Positions 1-9,484 of a DNA stretch of 64,000 nucleotides are shown piece after piece. Numbering within the stretch: the first letter of the stretch is position 1; each line of letters begins with the position of its first letter. The notes beneath the pieces are model-generated. The model did not search any database and was not told the DNA's origin. It saw only the letters and a program-made list of their open reading frames with translations. The DNA comes from Candidatus Daviesbacteria bacterium (GTDB taxonomy: Bacteria; Patescibacteriota; Microgenomatia; Daviesbacterales; UBA10151): positions 97,595 to 161,594 of the forward strand of contig JACPKP010000009.1 of NCBI GenBank assembly GCA_016186955.1, in the 5' to 3' direction. The position numbers were made by a program, and so were the translations under genes.

Positions 1-2
1 CA

Positions 3-95
3 AGGAGATTGTTTGTTGAACGCATAAAAGATATGCAAGAAGTGGATGGTTATAACTCAGATGGAAAACGTTTTGCAGGAGTTTTATATTTTTAG
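3..95 (+). CDS. 3' end of a gene entering from the left edge, product unknown
   Basis: Open frame RRLFVERIKDMQEVDGYNSDGKRFAGVLYF* ending in TAG at 93-95; too short to identify. Confidence 0.4.
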   Translation, partial: RRLFVERIKDMQEVDGYNSDGKRFAGVLYF

Positions 96-147
96 CTCCG
101 ATGAGGCGTACTTGCAAAAGTTTTCCTAAACAAACTAATATAGATAT

Positions 148-1110
148 ATGGCCAAAGTTTTGGTGACCAGGAAAATTCCCGGGAATGGAGTAAAAATTCT
201 TCAGGATGCCGGGTATGAGGTGGAGGTAGGACAGCAGGATTCTCCTATGGAGCGGGCTGAGCTTTTGCAAAAAGTGGTAGGTTGTGACGGGGTTTTAACC
301 CAACTTCAGGATAAGGTTGACGAGGAGTTTATCAAAGCTGCCGGATCAAATTTAAAAGTTGTGGCAAATTTTGCAGTAGGTTTTGATAACTTCAAGATGG
401 AAGATATCCAAAACCATAACCTGGCTGCCACCAATACCCCGGATGTTTTGACAGAGGCTGTTGCAGAACACACCTTTGCCTTAATTTTTGCAATCACCAG
501 GAGGGTGGTTGAGGCGGATATAATTGCCCACAAACAATCTCAGGCTTTTGGACCGGAAGTTTTGCTGGGTATGGAGCTTAAAGGGAAAACTTTGGGTGTA
601 TTGGGGTTGGGGAGGATTGGCGGCAGGGTTGCTGAGATAGGAAAATGTATGGGCATGAATGTCATTTATTATGATGTCAAACAAAATTCCGAATTTGAAC
701 AAAAAGTGGGGGCTGCTTTCAAAGCTGTCCCGGAGGATCTTTTAAAAGAGGCTGATGTGGTGTCTGTCCATGTGCCGCTTCTTGATTCCACAAAACACCT
801 TATGAATGCAGAGAGGTTGGGGATGATGAAAAATACCGCCTATTTAGTCAACACCTCAAGGGGTCCGGTGGTTGATGAAGCTGCCCTGACACAAGCGCTA
901 AAGGACCATGTTATTGCAGGCGCAGCCCTGGACGTGTTTGAAAATGAGCCTAAACTTGCCCCTGGCTTGGAAAGCTTAATGAATATAGTGGTTACACCCC
1001 ATATTGCATCAGCCACAATTGAAGCCCGCAGCGCCATGGGGGAGTTGGCTGCTAAAAATATCATGGCAGTCTTAAATGGAGAACCGCCCCTGACACCTGT
1101 GCATAAATAA
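148..1110 (+). CDS. D-isomer 2-hydroxyacid dehydrogenase (glyoxylate/hydroxypyruvate reductase-like)
   Basis: ANFAVGFDN, NTPDVLT, Rossmann GLGRIG, NTSRG, LDVFENEP, TPHIAS. Confidence 0.93.
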   Translation: MAKVLVTRKIPGNGVKILQDAGYEVEVGQQDSPMERAELLQKVVGCDGVLTQLQDKVDEEFIKAAGSNLKVVANFAVGFDNFKMEDIQNHNLAATNTPDVLTEAVAEHTFALIFAITRRVVEADIIAHKQSQAFGPEVLLGMELKGKTLGVLGLGRIGGRVAEIGKCMGMNVIYYDVKQNSEFEQKVGAAFKAVPEDLLKEADVVSVHVPLLDSTKHLMNAERLGMMKNTAYLVNTSRGPVVDEAALTQALKDHVIAGAALDVFENEPKLAPGLESLMNIVVTPHIASATIEARSAMGELAAKNIMAVLNGEPPLTPVHK

Positions 1111-1111
1111 A

Positions 1112-2104
1112 ATGGATCAGACTGCCCTTTATGATGTAATTATTATCGGCGGAGGGCCGGCTGCTGTTGCGGCAGCTGTTTATTGTGCCAGGAAAAAGCT
1201 TAAAAGCCTGCTTATCACTGAGTCATTTGGAGGCCAATCTATAGTTTCTGATGATATCCAAAACTGGATCGGCGACCCCCACATTTCTGGGCTGGATTTG
1301 GCAAAAAAACTTGAGGCCCATGTACGTGTTTATCCTGATATGGTGGAGATTAAACTGCCGGAAAAAGTGGTGGAAGTAAAATCAGTCAAATGTGAAGAAG
1401 CTGCAAGAATTTGTGATTTTGAGGTAAAAACCGACAATGGGAATACTTACTCCTCAAAAAGTGTAATTGTTGCAGCAGGCGCCAGAAGAAGGAGGTTGGG
1501 GGTGCCCGGTGAAGACCAGTTTGAAGGTAAAGGGGTAGCTTTTTGTTCGACATGTGATGCTCCTCTTTTTGCCGGTAAAAAAGTGGCGGTTGTGGGGGGT
1601 GGGAATGCCGGTCTTGAGGCAGCACAGGATCTTTTTAAATATGCCCAAGAGGTATATATTTTAGACTTTGGAGAGCAGTTAAAAGGCGACCCTGTCACAA
1701 TAGATGAAATTCAGAAAAACCCTAAGCTCAAAGGTATTATAAATAACGCTCAAACTTTGGAGGTATTGGGGGACAAACTTGTAACAGGATTAAAATACAA
1801 AGATGTGAAGACCAATGAGGAAAAAACACTTGAGGTGGGGGGGGTTTTTGTGGAGATTGGTTCAGTACCCAATGCCGAGATGGTCAAAGATTTAGTCCAG
1901 CTTGATCCCCATGGGCAGGTGATGATTAACTTCCAGCACGCCAGGACTTCCCATCCTGGGGTTTTTGCTGCCGGGGATGTGACAGATGACCCCTATAAAC
2001 AGAACAACATTTCAGTAGGAGATGGGGTTAGGGCAGCGCTGTCAGCCCAGGCTTATCTGCAAAATAAGGAGAAGACCAGCCCCGCTGCAGAAAAACACCC
2101 CTGA
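1112..2104 (+). CDS. trxB: Thioredoxin-disulfide reductase (TrxB/AhpF C-terminal-like)
   Basis: GGGPA FAD motif, CSTCD redox site, GGGNAG NADPH motif, GVFAAGD. Confidence 0.9.
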   Translation: MDQTALYDVIIIGGGPAAVAAAVYCARKKLKSLLITESFGGQSIVSDDIQNWIGDPHISGLDLAKKLEAHVRVYPDMVEIKLPEKVVEVKSVKCEEAARICDFEVKTDNGNTYSSKSVIVAAGARRRRLGVPGEDQFEGKGVAFCSTCDAPLFAGKKVAVVGGGNAGLEAAQDLFKYAQEVYILDFGEQLKGDPVTIDEIQKNPKLKGIINNAQTLEVLGDKLVTGLKYKDVKTNEEKTLEVGGVFVEIGSVPNAEMVKDLVQLDPHGQVMINFQHARTSHPGVFAAGDVTDDPYKQNNISVGDGVRAALSAQAYLQNKEKTSPAAEKHP

Positions 2105-2105
2105 G

Positions 2106-2663
2106 ATGAATTACATGAGTGCTCAGTTGATGAGATATAAATTCCTAAGCGCCTTTTTGGTGAGTTTAGTGATAGCAGTTTTTTTAGCGGAAAACAAGAC
2201 ATTCCATAATTGGCTTTTAGAGCTGGGTGAGCTTGAGTATTTAGGAGTTTTTTTATCAGGTATACTTTTTGTATCAAGTTTTACCGTAGCGGCAGCGACA
2301 GTTTTAATCGTAATTTTATCCGAGAATATACACCCTGTAGCGATAGGGATTGTAGGAGGAGCAGGTGCGTTACTAGGTGACCTATTGATTTATAGGTTTT
2401 TCAAAAACCATTTATTTCAGGAATTGACAACTCTGTTTGGTAAAGAAGGGATCTCTTATATCAGGTCGGTAATCCATTCTAAATATATAGCGTGGACCCT
2501 GCCGATGATCGGTATATTCATTATTGCCTCACCCTTGCCTGATGAATTAGGGATAAGTTTATTGGGCCTGTCTAAAATCTCCCAAACCAAATTTATGTTA
2601 ATTTCATTTATCTCTAATGCTTTTGGGATCCTTGCAATTGCTTCTGTGGCAAGGGTGATATAG
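2106..2663 (+). CDS. Multi-pass membrane protein (DedA/VTT-like)
   Basis: ATG at 2106 just after trxB stop; hydrophobic helices, GGAGALLGD and SPLPDE motifs. Confidence 0.7.
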   Translation: MNYMSAQLMRYKFLSAFLVSLVIAVFLAENKTFHNWLLELGELEYLGVFLSGILFVSSFTVAAATVLIVILSENIHPVAIGIVGGAGALLGDLLIYRFFKNHLFQELTTLFGKEGISYIRSVIHSKYIAWTLPMIGIFIIASPLPDELGISLLGLSKISQTKFMLISFISNAFGILAIASVARVI

Positions 2664-2673
2664 ACTGAAAATT

Positions 2674-3657
2674 ATGGATACGTTACCCACTTTAAATACT
2701 GACTCCGCAGGTAAAATTATGGTTACCAATATTCCCACCATACTGTCTGACGAAAATGCGTCAGCTGCTATGAAACAACTGGCAAACGGGGCATGGGATG
2801 ACATTCATTCGATCTACGTGGTAGATAAAGAAAAAATACTCAAAGGTGTGATGCCGATACACAAACTTGTTACTGCAAAAGATGACGAGAGTGTTGCAGG
2901 ATTAATGGACCGTCCCAAAATAGTAGTAAAACCTGAAACTGACAAAGAAAAAGTGGCGGTTGAAGCATTAAAGAATGATTTAAAATCCGTGCCTGTTGTA
3001 GATGATGCAGGCCATCTCCTGGGTGCAATCAGCACCGACCAGATTTTTGATATTTTGCATGAGGAACACCTGGAAGATTTTTTGCGTTCGTCAGGTATTA
3101 GAGGTAAGGGTTCATGGATTATCAAATTGGCAACAGCCAACCTGCCGGATTTAATTAAATCAAGAATGCCCTGGTTGGTAGTAGGTTTGGGTGGGGGTAT
3201 AGGGGCCAGTTTTATAATCAGCAGGTTTCAGGGTTCTCTGGAGCAAAATGTGGCGCTGGCATTTTTCATCTCGATGATTGCGTATATGTCTGATGCGATA
3301 GGGACTCAGACAGAGACAATATTTATCAGGTCGCTGACTCTTTTAAAGTTTAATATATTCACTTACATTTTCAGGGAATTTATAACAGGGGCTGTCATAG
3401 GTTCTATTTTTGGAGTTTTAACCGGCCTGTTTGCAGCTTTTTTGTCAGGTTCATCTTCCATTGGTTTTGTGGTGGGGTTGTCGCTTTTTTTATCTATGAG
3501 TATGGCAACTGTATTGGCATGTATCACACCAATTATTCTGAAAGCTTTGGGGAAAGATCCTGCGGTTGGAAGCGGTCCGTTTACTACAGCAGTACAGGAT
3601 TTTGTAAGCCTGGCGGTTTACTTTACAATTGCTTCGGTAGTCTTATCTAAATTCTAG
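2674..3657 (+). CDS. mgtE: Magnesium transporter MgtE (CBS pair + membrane domain)
   Basis: CBS pair, RMPWL, DPAVGSGPFTTAVQD. Confidence 0.9.
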   Translation: MDTLPTLNTDSAGKIMVTNIPTILSDENASAAMKQLANGAWDDIHSIYVVDKEKILKGVMPIHKLVTAKDDESVAGLMDRPKIVVKPETDKEKVAVEALKNDLKSVPVVDDAGHLLGAISTDQIFDILHEEHLEDFLRSSGIRGKGSWIIKLATANLPDLIKSRMPWLVVGLGGGIGASFIISRFQGSLEQNVALAFFISMIAYMSDAIGTQTETIFIRSLTLLKFNIFTYIFREFITGAVIGSIFGVLTGLFAAFLSGSSSIGFVVGLSLFLSMSMATVLACITPIILKALGKDPAVGSGPFTTAVQDFVSLAVYFTIASVVLSKF

Positions 3658-3664
3658 CGGGAAT

Positions 3665-3814
3665 TTAACAAAATTCACAGACGTTTTTTACCTCTTTGGG
3701 TATTTTGCAGCATGTAGCACAGCAATATACACTGCCTTGGTGGGTAAAACCTTGACCCGGTTTAATTATCTTACCGCATTTAACGCACTTGTGTTCTTTT
3801 GTGTCAGTCGCCAT
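3665..3814 (-). CDS. Small Cys-rich metal-binding protein, metallothionein/TRASH-like, 49 aa
   Basis: Hand translation MATDTKEHKCVKCGKIIKPGQGFTHQGSVYCCATCCKIPKEVKNVCEFC*; GGAG just upstream and a TTGACA..TATATT promoter on the minus strand; below the ORF-track cutoff. Confidence 0.75.
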   Translation of the reverse strand: MATDTKEHKCVKCGKIIKPGQGFTHQGSVYCCATCCKIPKEVKNVCEFC

Positions 3815-3846
3815 TTTACTCCGTGTTTAATATATAACATATTAAA

Positions 3847-6381
3847 CTAATTTGTCAAATTTTTGTGGATTTTGAAAAGAGTTTGCAAGGTAACTCCTCC
3901 TATAGAAACAGGCAGATACAAAAGCAAAAACTGTAAGGCGACTGAACTGAAAACAGCCAACGTTAAATATTTGTTTGAGAGAAGGGGAAGGTTATATTCT
4001 GCGCGGATATCAACAAGACGTAACATTTCAAATAAAACAACTGCAGTAAAGGCAAGTGTTTGCCCGTGGATAATATCGTTTTTGAAAAAGAAAAATATAC
4101 CCAACGTAGCAAATGTTAAGAGCATGCTTGCAGAGATCATTTTTTTGAAAAAACGTTGATTGATTATCTGCTCTTTAAAATCCCGGGGTTTAGACTGCAT
4201 GATATTCTCCCTGGCAGGGTCAACTCCCAGGGCAATAGCAGGCAAGCCGTCTGTAACCAGATTTATCCATAAAAGGTGGATAGGTAAAAGAGGTATGGGC
4301 CAGTTGGCAGCCAAAGCTAAAAACACCACCCCAACCTCCATCATGTTTGAAGAAAGCAGGTAATTTACAAACTTCCGGATGTTGTCATAAATTGCCCGTC
4401 CTTCTTTTATGGCCTTTACAATGGTACTGAAGTTATCATCCAGTAAGATCATATCGGATGAATCTTTCGCTACATCTGTCCCTGTTATGCCCATGGCAAC
4501 ACCAATATCTGAGGTTTTTAAGGCAGGGGCATCATTGACCCCATCCCCGGTCATTGCCACCTGATGGCCGAGCGCCTTTAAAGCCTTGACTATCTTCAAT
4601 TTGTGTTCAGGATTCACCCTGGCATAGATGCTGATGTTTTCAACCTGATCCTGGAATTGTTGCTCGGTCAATTTATCAAGATCTAATCCTGTCATGCTTT
4701 TGCCTGTGATTCCTACCTCTTGTGCAATTGCCTCAGCTGTCAGAAGATGATCCCCTGTGATCATGATCACTCGTATACCCGCCTCATTTTGGCAAGTTGC
4801 TATTGTTTCTTTGATGCCTGTTCTTGGAGGGTCCATCATGCCCTGTAACCCCAAAAATACCAAGTCCGATTCGGCGTTTTGACCCCACCTCCCAGGTGTA
4901 ATCTCATTTTTTTCACCCGGGGGGTGTTTTACTTGCTTATATGCAAAAGCTAAAACTCTTAAAGCTTGAGAAGCCATCTCTTCATTAGTTTTCAGAATTT
5001 TTTGCCTGTCTTGTTCAGTCAGGTTTTCAACTTTACCGTTTCTCTCGATCTTGCTGCAGAGGTTCAAGATCACTTCGGTGGCCCCTTTACTGGCAACCAA
5101 CTCATCTTCCCCGTTTTTTGAAGAGGTAGTCATGAGCTTTCTATCTGAGGAAAAGGGTACTTCCAACACCCGGGTATATTTTGTGAGCAGTTCATTTTGG
5201 TCCACTCCGTTTTCAATGGCAACTTTAATTAAGGCTGCTTCAGTGGAATCACCTATAATTTCTCCGTCATTTTTTCTGGCATTGCTGGCAAGGATTGCTA
5301 TTTCATAAAGCTTTTTTAATTCTGCGGTGGGTTCTGTTAATTTATCGTTGGCATAGATTTTCCGCACACTCATAACCCCTTCTGTCAAAGTGCCTGTTTT
5401 ATCGGAACAGATTACGTCTGTTGAACCAAGAGTTTCCGCTGCGGGCAAGTTTCTAATTAGGGCGTTTTGTTTCAAAAGCCTTCTGGTGCCTAAGGCCAGA
5501 GAAATAGTAACAACTGCCGGTAAGCCTTCTGGAATGGCAGCAACTGCCAGTGCGACTGCAGAAATTAGCGCTTCTATGATCTGTTGGCTGCCAAAGACCA
5601 TCTCCTGGAAGGCGACCATAACTGAGATGCCAAGGATGATTTTGCCTATCACTCTACCCATCTTGTCCAGTTTCTGCTGCATGGGTGTTTCAGGTGATTC
5701 CTCCTCTGTCACCAGTTTGGCAATTTTTCCAATTTCTGTTGCCATGCCGGTAGCAACAACAATCCCGGTACCTTTTCCGGTAGAGACAATAGTCCCTGAA
5801 AAAAGCATGTTCTTTTGGTCTGCTATGGGCAGATCGCCTTTTAAAACATCGGATGTTTTGGAAACCGGGGTAGATTCGCCGGTAAGCGAGCTTTCAATAA
5901 TTTTTAAATTAATAGCTAGTGTCAGTCTGATATCAGCAGTGACCCGTTGTCCTTCCTCGATCTGGATCAGGTCTCCCGGTATGAGTTCGGTAGAGGGGAT
6001 TTTTACTAAATTACCATCCCTGATGACCAGGACTTCAGATGTAATAAGTTTTTTAAGGTGCTCAATGGCTTTTTCAATCCTATATTCCTGGATGAAACCA
6101 ACAACCGCATTAATGATTACAATAGCGATTATCATCAGTGCATCCAGTTTTTCCCCGAATAGGAACGAAATGACGGATGCAACTATCAGGATGATAACCA
6201 AAAAGTCGGTAAATTCGGAAAAAAATAAAGCCAGAGGGTTGATACCTTTTTTTTCTTTTAAGGAGTTGGGCCCGTAAGTTTTTAGCCTTGATTTTGCCTC
6301 TTCAACAGACAAACCTTTTTGCAGGTCGGTTTTTAAAAAAGTTGCAATTTGTTTCGGAGTTTGAGCAAATATCTTTTCCAC
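3847..6381 (-). CDS. P2A-type (Ca2+-like) cation-transporting ATPase, C-terminus apparently truncated
   Basis: LTGES, IPEGL, DKTGTLT, KGATE, TGDGVND, NLVTDG; ends QTLFKIHKNLTN without the last TM helix. Confidence 0.9.
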   Translation of the reverse strand: MEKIFAQTPKQIATFLKTDLQKGLSVEEAKSRLKTYGPNSLKEKKGINPLALFFSEFTDFLVIILIVASVISFLFGEKLDALMIIAIVIINAVVGFIQEYRIEKAIEHLKKLITSEVLVIRDGNLVKIPSTELIPGDLIQIEEGQRVTADIRLTLAINLKIIESSLTGESTPVSKTSDVLKGDLPIADQKNMLFSGTIVSTGKGTGIVVATGMATEIGKIAKLVTEEESPETPMQQKLDKMGRVIGKIILGISVMVAFQEMVFGSQQIIEALISAVALAVAAIPEGLPAVVTISLALGTRRLLKQNALIRNLPAAETLGSTDVICSDKTGTLTEGVMSVRKIYANDKLTEPTAELKKLYEIAILASNARKNDGEIIGDSTEAALIKVAIENGVDQNELLTKYTRVLEVPFSSDRKLMTTSSKNGEDELVASKGATEVILNLCSKIERNGKVENLTEQDRQKILKTNEEMASQALRVLAFAYKQVKHPPGEKNEITPGRWGQNAESDLVFLGLQGMMDPPRTGIKETIATCQNEAGIRVIMITGDHLLTAEAIAQEVGITGKSMTGLDLDKLTEQQFQDQVENISIYARVNPEHKLKIVKALKALGHQVAMTGDGVNDAPALKTSDIGVAMGITGTDVAKDSSDMILLDDNFSTIVKAIKEGRAIYDNIRKFVNYLLSSNMMEVGVVFLALAANWPIPLLPIHLLWINLVTDGLPAIALGVDPARENIMQSKPRDFKEQIINQRFFKKMISASMLLTFATLGIFFFFKNDIIHGQTLAFTAVVLFEMLRLVDIRAEYNLPLLSNKYLTLAVFSSVALQFLLLYLPVSIGGVTLQTLFKIHKNLTN
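4886..4926. repeat. Two 13-nt CACC-N5-GGTG mini-palindromes inside the ATPase CDS
   Basis: CACCTCCCAGGTG (4886-4898) and CACCCGGGGGGTG (4914-4926); the first recurs exactly at 45253-45265. Confidence 0.6.
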
Positions 6382-6480
6382 GTAATTTTAGTATATATCA
6401 TAAGCGAACCGGGGTGTACTCTCTTAAGAGAGGTTGTATTTTTATCTTTTGGGTGTATAATCAACCCACTAAGTTTAAAA

Positions 6481-7497
6481 ATGGAACGGGTTCAAGACCA
6501 TTACAACACACTTGAAGTGAGCCCAAAAGCCAGGCCCGAAATAATTGAGGCGGCTTACAGGACATTAGCCAAAATTTACCACCCCGATATAAAGACAGGG
6601 GATACAGATACATTTAAAGCAATAGTTTTGGCCCATGAAATTTTATCAGACCCGGCTAAAAGAGTTTTCTATGACCGGGAAAAAGATAAATTGGAAGGGA
6701 AAGTAATTGGGGATTACCGGTTCTTGAGTAAAATCGCTGAAGGCGCTTTCGGCAGGACATATAAAGCCGAGCATATAATAATTAGAGAACCCGTATGTAT
6801 TAAGGACTGCTCTAAAATATCACCACAAGCGGAAAAGATATTAATTGATGAAGCGAAAGCTGTTTGGGATTTGCGCCACTATGCCCTTCCCGCAATGAGG
6901 GGGTTGGTCAGGCTTGAAAACAAAAGTTTGGGGCTTGTGATGAGTTACATAGAGGGGCCTACGTTGGAACAAATTGTAGCAAAGGCTGGGAATATGGATC
7001 CCGAAGACGTAGCGTGGATGGCAGAGAGGTCGCTTAACGCCTTAAAGTATATGCATTATAAAGGTGTTATTCACGGAGATATTAAACCCCAAAATATTAT
7101 TATCCAGCCTGAAAGTCACATGGCTGTTTTAATAGATTTTGGGCTTTCAATGGTAAAACCGACTCAAAACTCTGATGCCAAAGGGTTTACACCTTATTTT
7201 GCTCCAAAGGAGCAGATTACCGGATTGGTTATATTACCGGAATCAGATCTTTACAGCCTTGGTAAGACAATGATTTATGCTTTGAGCGGAGGTAATTTAG
7301 ATTGCGTTAGAGATGGGTTGGTGCCAAGAATAGTGCCCGATGAAATGTGTATGCTAATAAGACGCCTGACAAGGGAAGATAGGGCAGAAAGACCTATCTG
7401 GGAAAACGAAGATCTCTGTGATACAATCGCAGATATGAGGGTTAAAGTTTTTGGAAGAAGAAGGTCAAATATGAAACCGGTAGCAGGTTTTTCTTAA
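6481..7497 (+). CDS. DnaJ (J-domain)-Ser/Thr protein kinase fusion
   Basis: DHYNTL..YHPD J-domain; EGAFG, VCIK, HGDIKPQN, DFG, APKE kinase motifs; TATAAT at 6456 supports ATG 6481. Confidence 0.9.
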   Translation: MERVQDHYNTLEVSPKARPEIIEAAYRTLAKIYHPDIKTGDTDTFKAIVLAHEILSDPAKRVFYDREKDKLEGKVIGDYRFLSKIAEGAFGRTYKAEHIIIREPVCIKDCSKISPQAEKILIDEAKAVWDLRHYALPAMRGLVRLENKSLGLVMSYIEGPTLEQIVAKAGNMDPEDVAWMAERSLNALKYMHYKGVIHGDIKPQNIIIQPESHMAVLIDFGLSMVKPTQNSDAKGFTPYFAPKEQITGLVILPESDLYSLGKTMIYALSGGNLDCVRDGLVPRIVPDEMCMLIRRLTREDRAERPIWENEDLCDTIADMRVKVFGRRRSNMKPVAGFS

Positions 7498-7502
7498 AAA
7501 AC

Positions 7503-8456
7503 ATGTCAGAATCAGCGGATTTTAACCCTGGACCATGGCAAGGACATGACTTTAAAGCAGCCCGTGCTGTTTACGACAGGCATGCCGGCAGAAGCTATGC
7601 AGAAGCAGTAGCCCAGAATAAATCCACCAAAGATTTAGTGCCGCCCTCATTGCTCACCCAAAGCAGAAGGCCATTAGTGGTATCAATTGATTTAACTGGG
7701 TCAATGGAAGAATGGCCAGCTACAATCTGTGAAAAAATTGCTTATTTTGATCTTGAAGTCCAGGAATATTTAGGTGAAGATACGGAGGTAAGTTTTAACG
7801 GGATTGGTGATGCCACAAAAGGAGACAGATATCCTCTTCAAGTCAGGCCGTTTACCAAAGGTCTTGATTTAAAAGTACAGCTTTATAAATTAATTAATGA
7901 ACATGGTGGTGGTGGCGGTGGGGAAGAAAGCTATCAACTTGCCGCCCTTTATTATGCCAGAAAAGTTTCTATGCCTAATGCCATACGACCAATACATATA
8001 TTTATAGGGGATGAACAACCATATCCATCTGTTGATCCAACTCAAGCTAAAAATTTTGCCTATGAAGATTTACGTGAATCGGTTTCAACAAAGGGTATAT
8101 TTGAAGAGTTAAAACAGAAATATTCAGTTTACATTATCAGGAAGCCGTATCCCAGTATGGATAGCATTATCCAAGGCCATTGGGAAAGACTTTTGGGGGT
8201 GGATCACGTAGCGCCTTTACCTGATCCCAACAGGGTGGTTGATGTAATATTTGGCATTTTGGCAAAAGAGACAACCAGGATTGATTATTTTTATAATGAA
8301 TTGGATGGTAGGCAGACTCCTGCCCAAAGAGCGATTGTACGTGAATCTTTAAAAACAGTGCATACTCTCCCTAACGGCGATTTTAAAGCATTACGCTCAG
8401 GCCGTTCAGTTTTGCACAGGCCAATCCAGGGGGAAGATTCTGCCCCGTTAATTTAA
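7503..8456 (+). CDS. vWA (MIDAS) domain protein
   Basis: VVSIDLTGSM (DxTxS), GIGDA..PLQV, GGGGGGEESY, IFIGDE. Confidence 0.8.
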   Translation: MSESADFNPGPWQGHDFKAARAVYDRHAGRSYAEAVAQNKSTKDLVPPSLLTQSRRPLVVSIDLTGSMEEWPATICEKIAYFDLEVQEYLGEDTEVSFNGIGDATKGDRYPLQVRPFTKGLDLKVQLYKLINEHGGGGGGEESYQLAALYYARKVSMPNAIRPIHIFIGDEQPYPSVDPTQAKNFAYEDLRESVSTKGIFEELKQKYSVYIIRKPYPSMDSIIQGHWERLLGVDHVAPLPDPNRVVDVIFGILAKETTRIDYFYNELDGRQTPAQRAIVRESLKTVHTLPNGDFKALRSGRSVLHRPIQGEDSAPLI

Positions 8457-9478
8457 TGGTTGAAATTGATTTGATGGTGACTCTTTGGCCCAGTTTCCCC
8501 CACTTTGAAAGGTTTGCAAACGACCGAAGACTTTCCGGCATCAGGCTAAACAGTGCCATGATGTCTAATCCTGAACTCGAATACGAGCTTGAGATAATAG
8601 ATAAGCTAAAACCTCCTGTTCCGCTTTACTATGATATTAAAGGGCGTCAGCTTAGGGTTACTAAAGTTCATTTAAACCCGGGTTATCTTGATTTAGAGCT
8701 AAACCACCCAATCAGCGTTAATACGCCGACAGTTGTTTTATTTAAAGCAGGGGCGGATGATGCTCTCTTGGAGAGGGTGGAAGAGGATGGTAACCGCTTA
8801 ATATTTTGCGGAGGACCGGAATACATGGTTATTGCAGGCGAGTCGCTGCATATACGTGATAAAAGTTTGAAGGTTGGCGGCCCTCAATTTACAGATTTGG
8901 AGCTTTTAAAGATTGAAAAAGTCAAAAAAGCCGGTTTTAAGCGGTACTGCCTCTCATATGTAGAAAACCAACAAGATGTTGATGAGTTTTTGGATTTAGT
9001 CGGTAGGGAAGCAGAGGTGTATTTAAAAATAGAAAATAAAAAAGGGTTAGAATATGTTAAAAATGAATTTCAAAAACAACCGAATCTATCGCTGATCGCT
9101 GCAAGAGGAGATTTATATGTTGAAACAGATATGCCTCATGAGATCTTGCCTGCTATGAGACTCATAATTGAAAAAGATCCCGGAGCAATGGTTGGTTCCA
9201 GAATACTGCTTTCAGTGGTGGACGCTCCGGTTAAGGATTTAAAAGAAGTATTGGAAGAGCTTCATGAAAATAGACTTGACCACAGCCAGGCTGCACAAAT
9301 CCTTTATTCTATGCTGACAACGACAGTACCCTCCTGTGTTGATTTCTCTGAGTTAGCCTGGCTTTATGATATCGGTTACCGGAAAATGCTACTTTGTGAT
9401 GAACTTTGTTTAAAAGAAAACCTTTTGACAACGGCGGTGAATGTTATTGATGTATTCAGAAGAGAATATAGTCCTTAG
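8456..9478 (+). CDS. Divergent pyruvate-kinase-like barrel protein lacking the C-terminal domain
   Basis: IRLN, DIKGRQLR, LSYVE, LKIEN, ARGDL; 340 aa; TAATG overlap with the vWA stop. Confidence 0.75.
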   Translation: MVEIDLMVTLWPSFPHFERFANDRRLSGIRLNSAMMSNPELEYELEIIDKLKPPVPLYYDIKGRQLRVTKVHLNPGYLDLELNHPISVNTPTVVLFKAGADDALLERVEEDGNRLIFCGGPEYMVIAGESLHIRDKSLKVGGPQFTDLELLKIEKVKKAGFKRYCLSYVENQQDVDEFLDLVGREAEVYLKIENKKGLEYVKNEFQKQPNLSLIAARGDLYVETDMPHEILPAMRLIIEKDPGAMVGSRILLSVVDAPVKDLKEVLEELHENRLDHSQAAQILYSMLTTTVPSCVDFSELAWLYDIGYRKMLLCDELCLKENLLTTAVNVIDVFRREYSP

Positions 9479-9484
9479 CGCTTT

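Noticed and set aside
5390-6277. 295-aa plus-strand ORF and similar antisense ORFs (e.g. 42691-43257, 35025-35450)
   Set aside because: Antisense shadows of well-supported genes with no motifs
6349-6480. ORF-track N-terminal extensions (also 2022, 10184, 18225, 28747, 36458, 44447, 59527)
   Set aside because: They run through promoters or repeat elements; downstream ATGs fit domain starts and -10 positions
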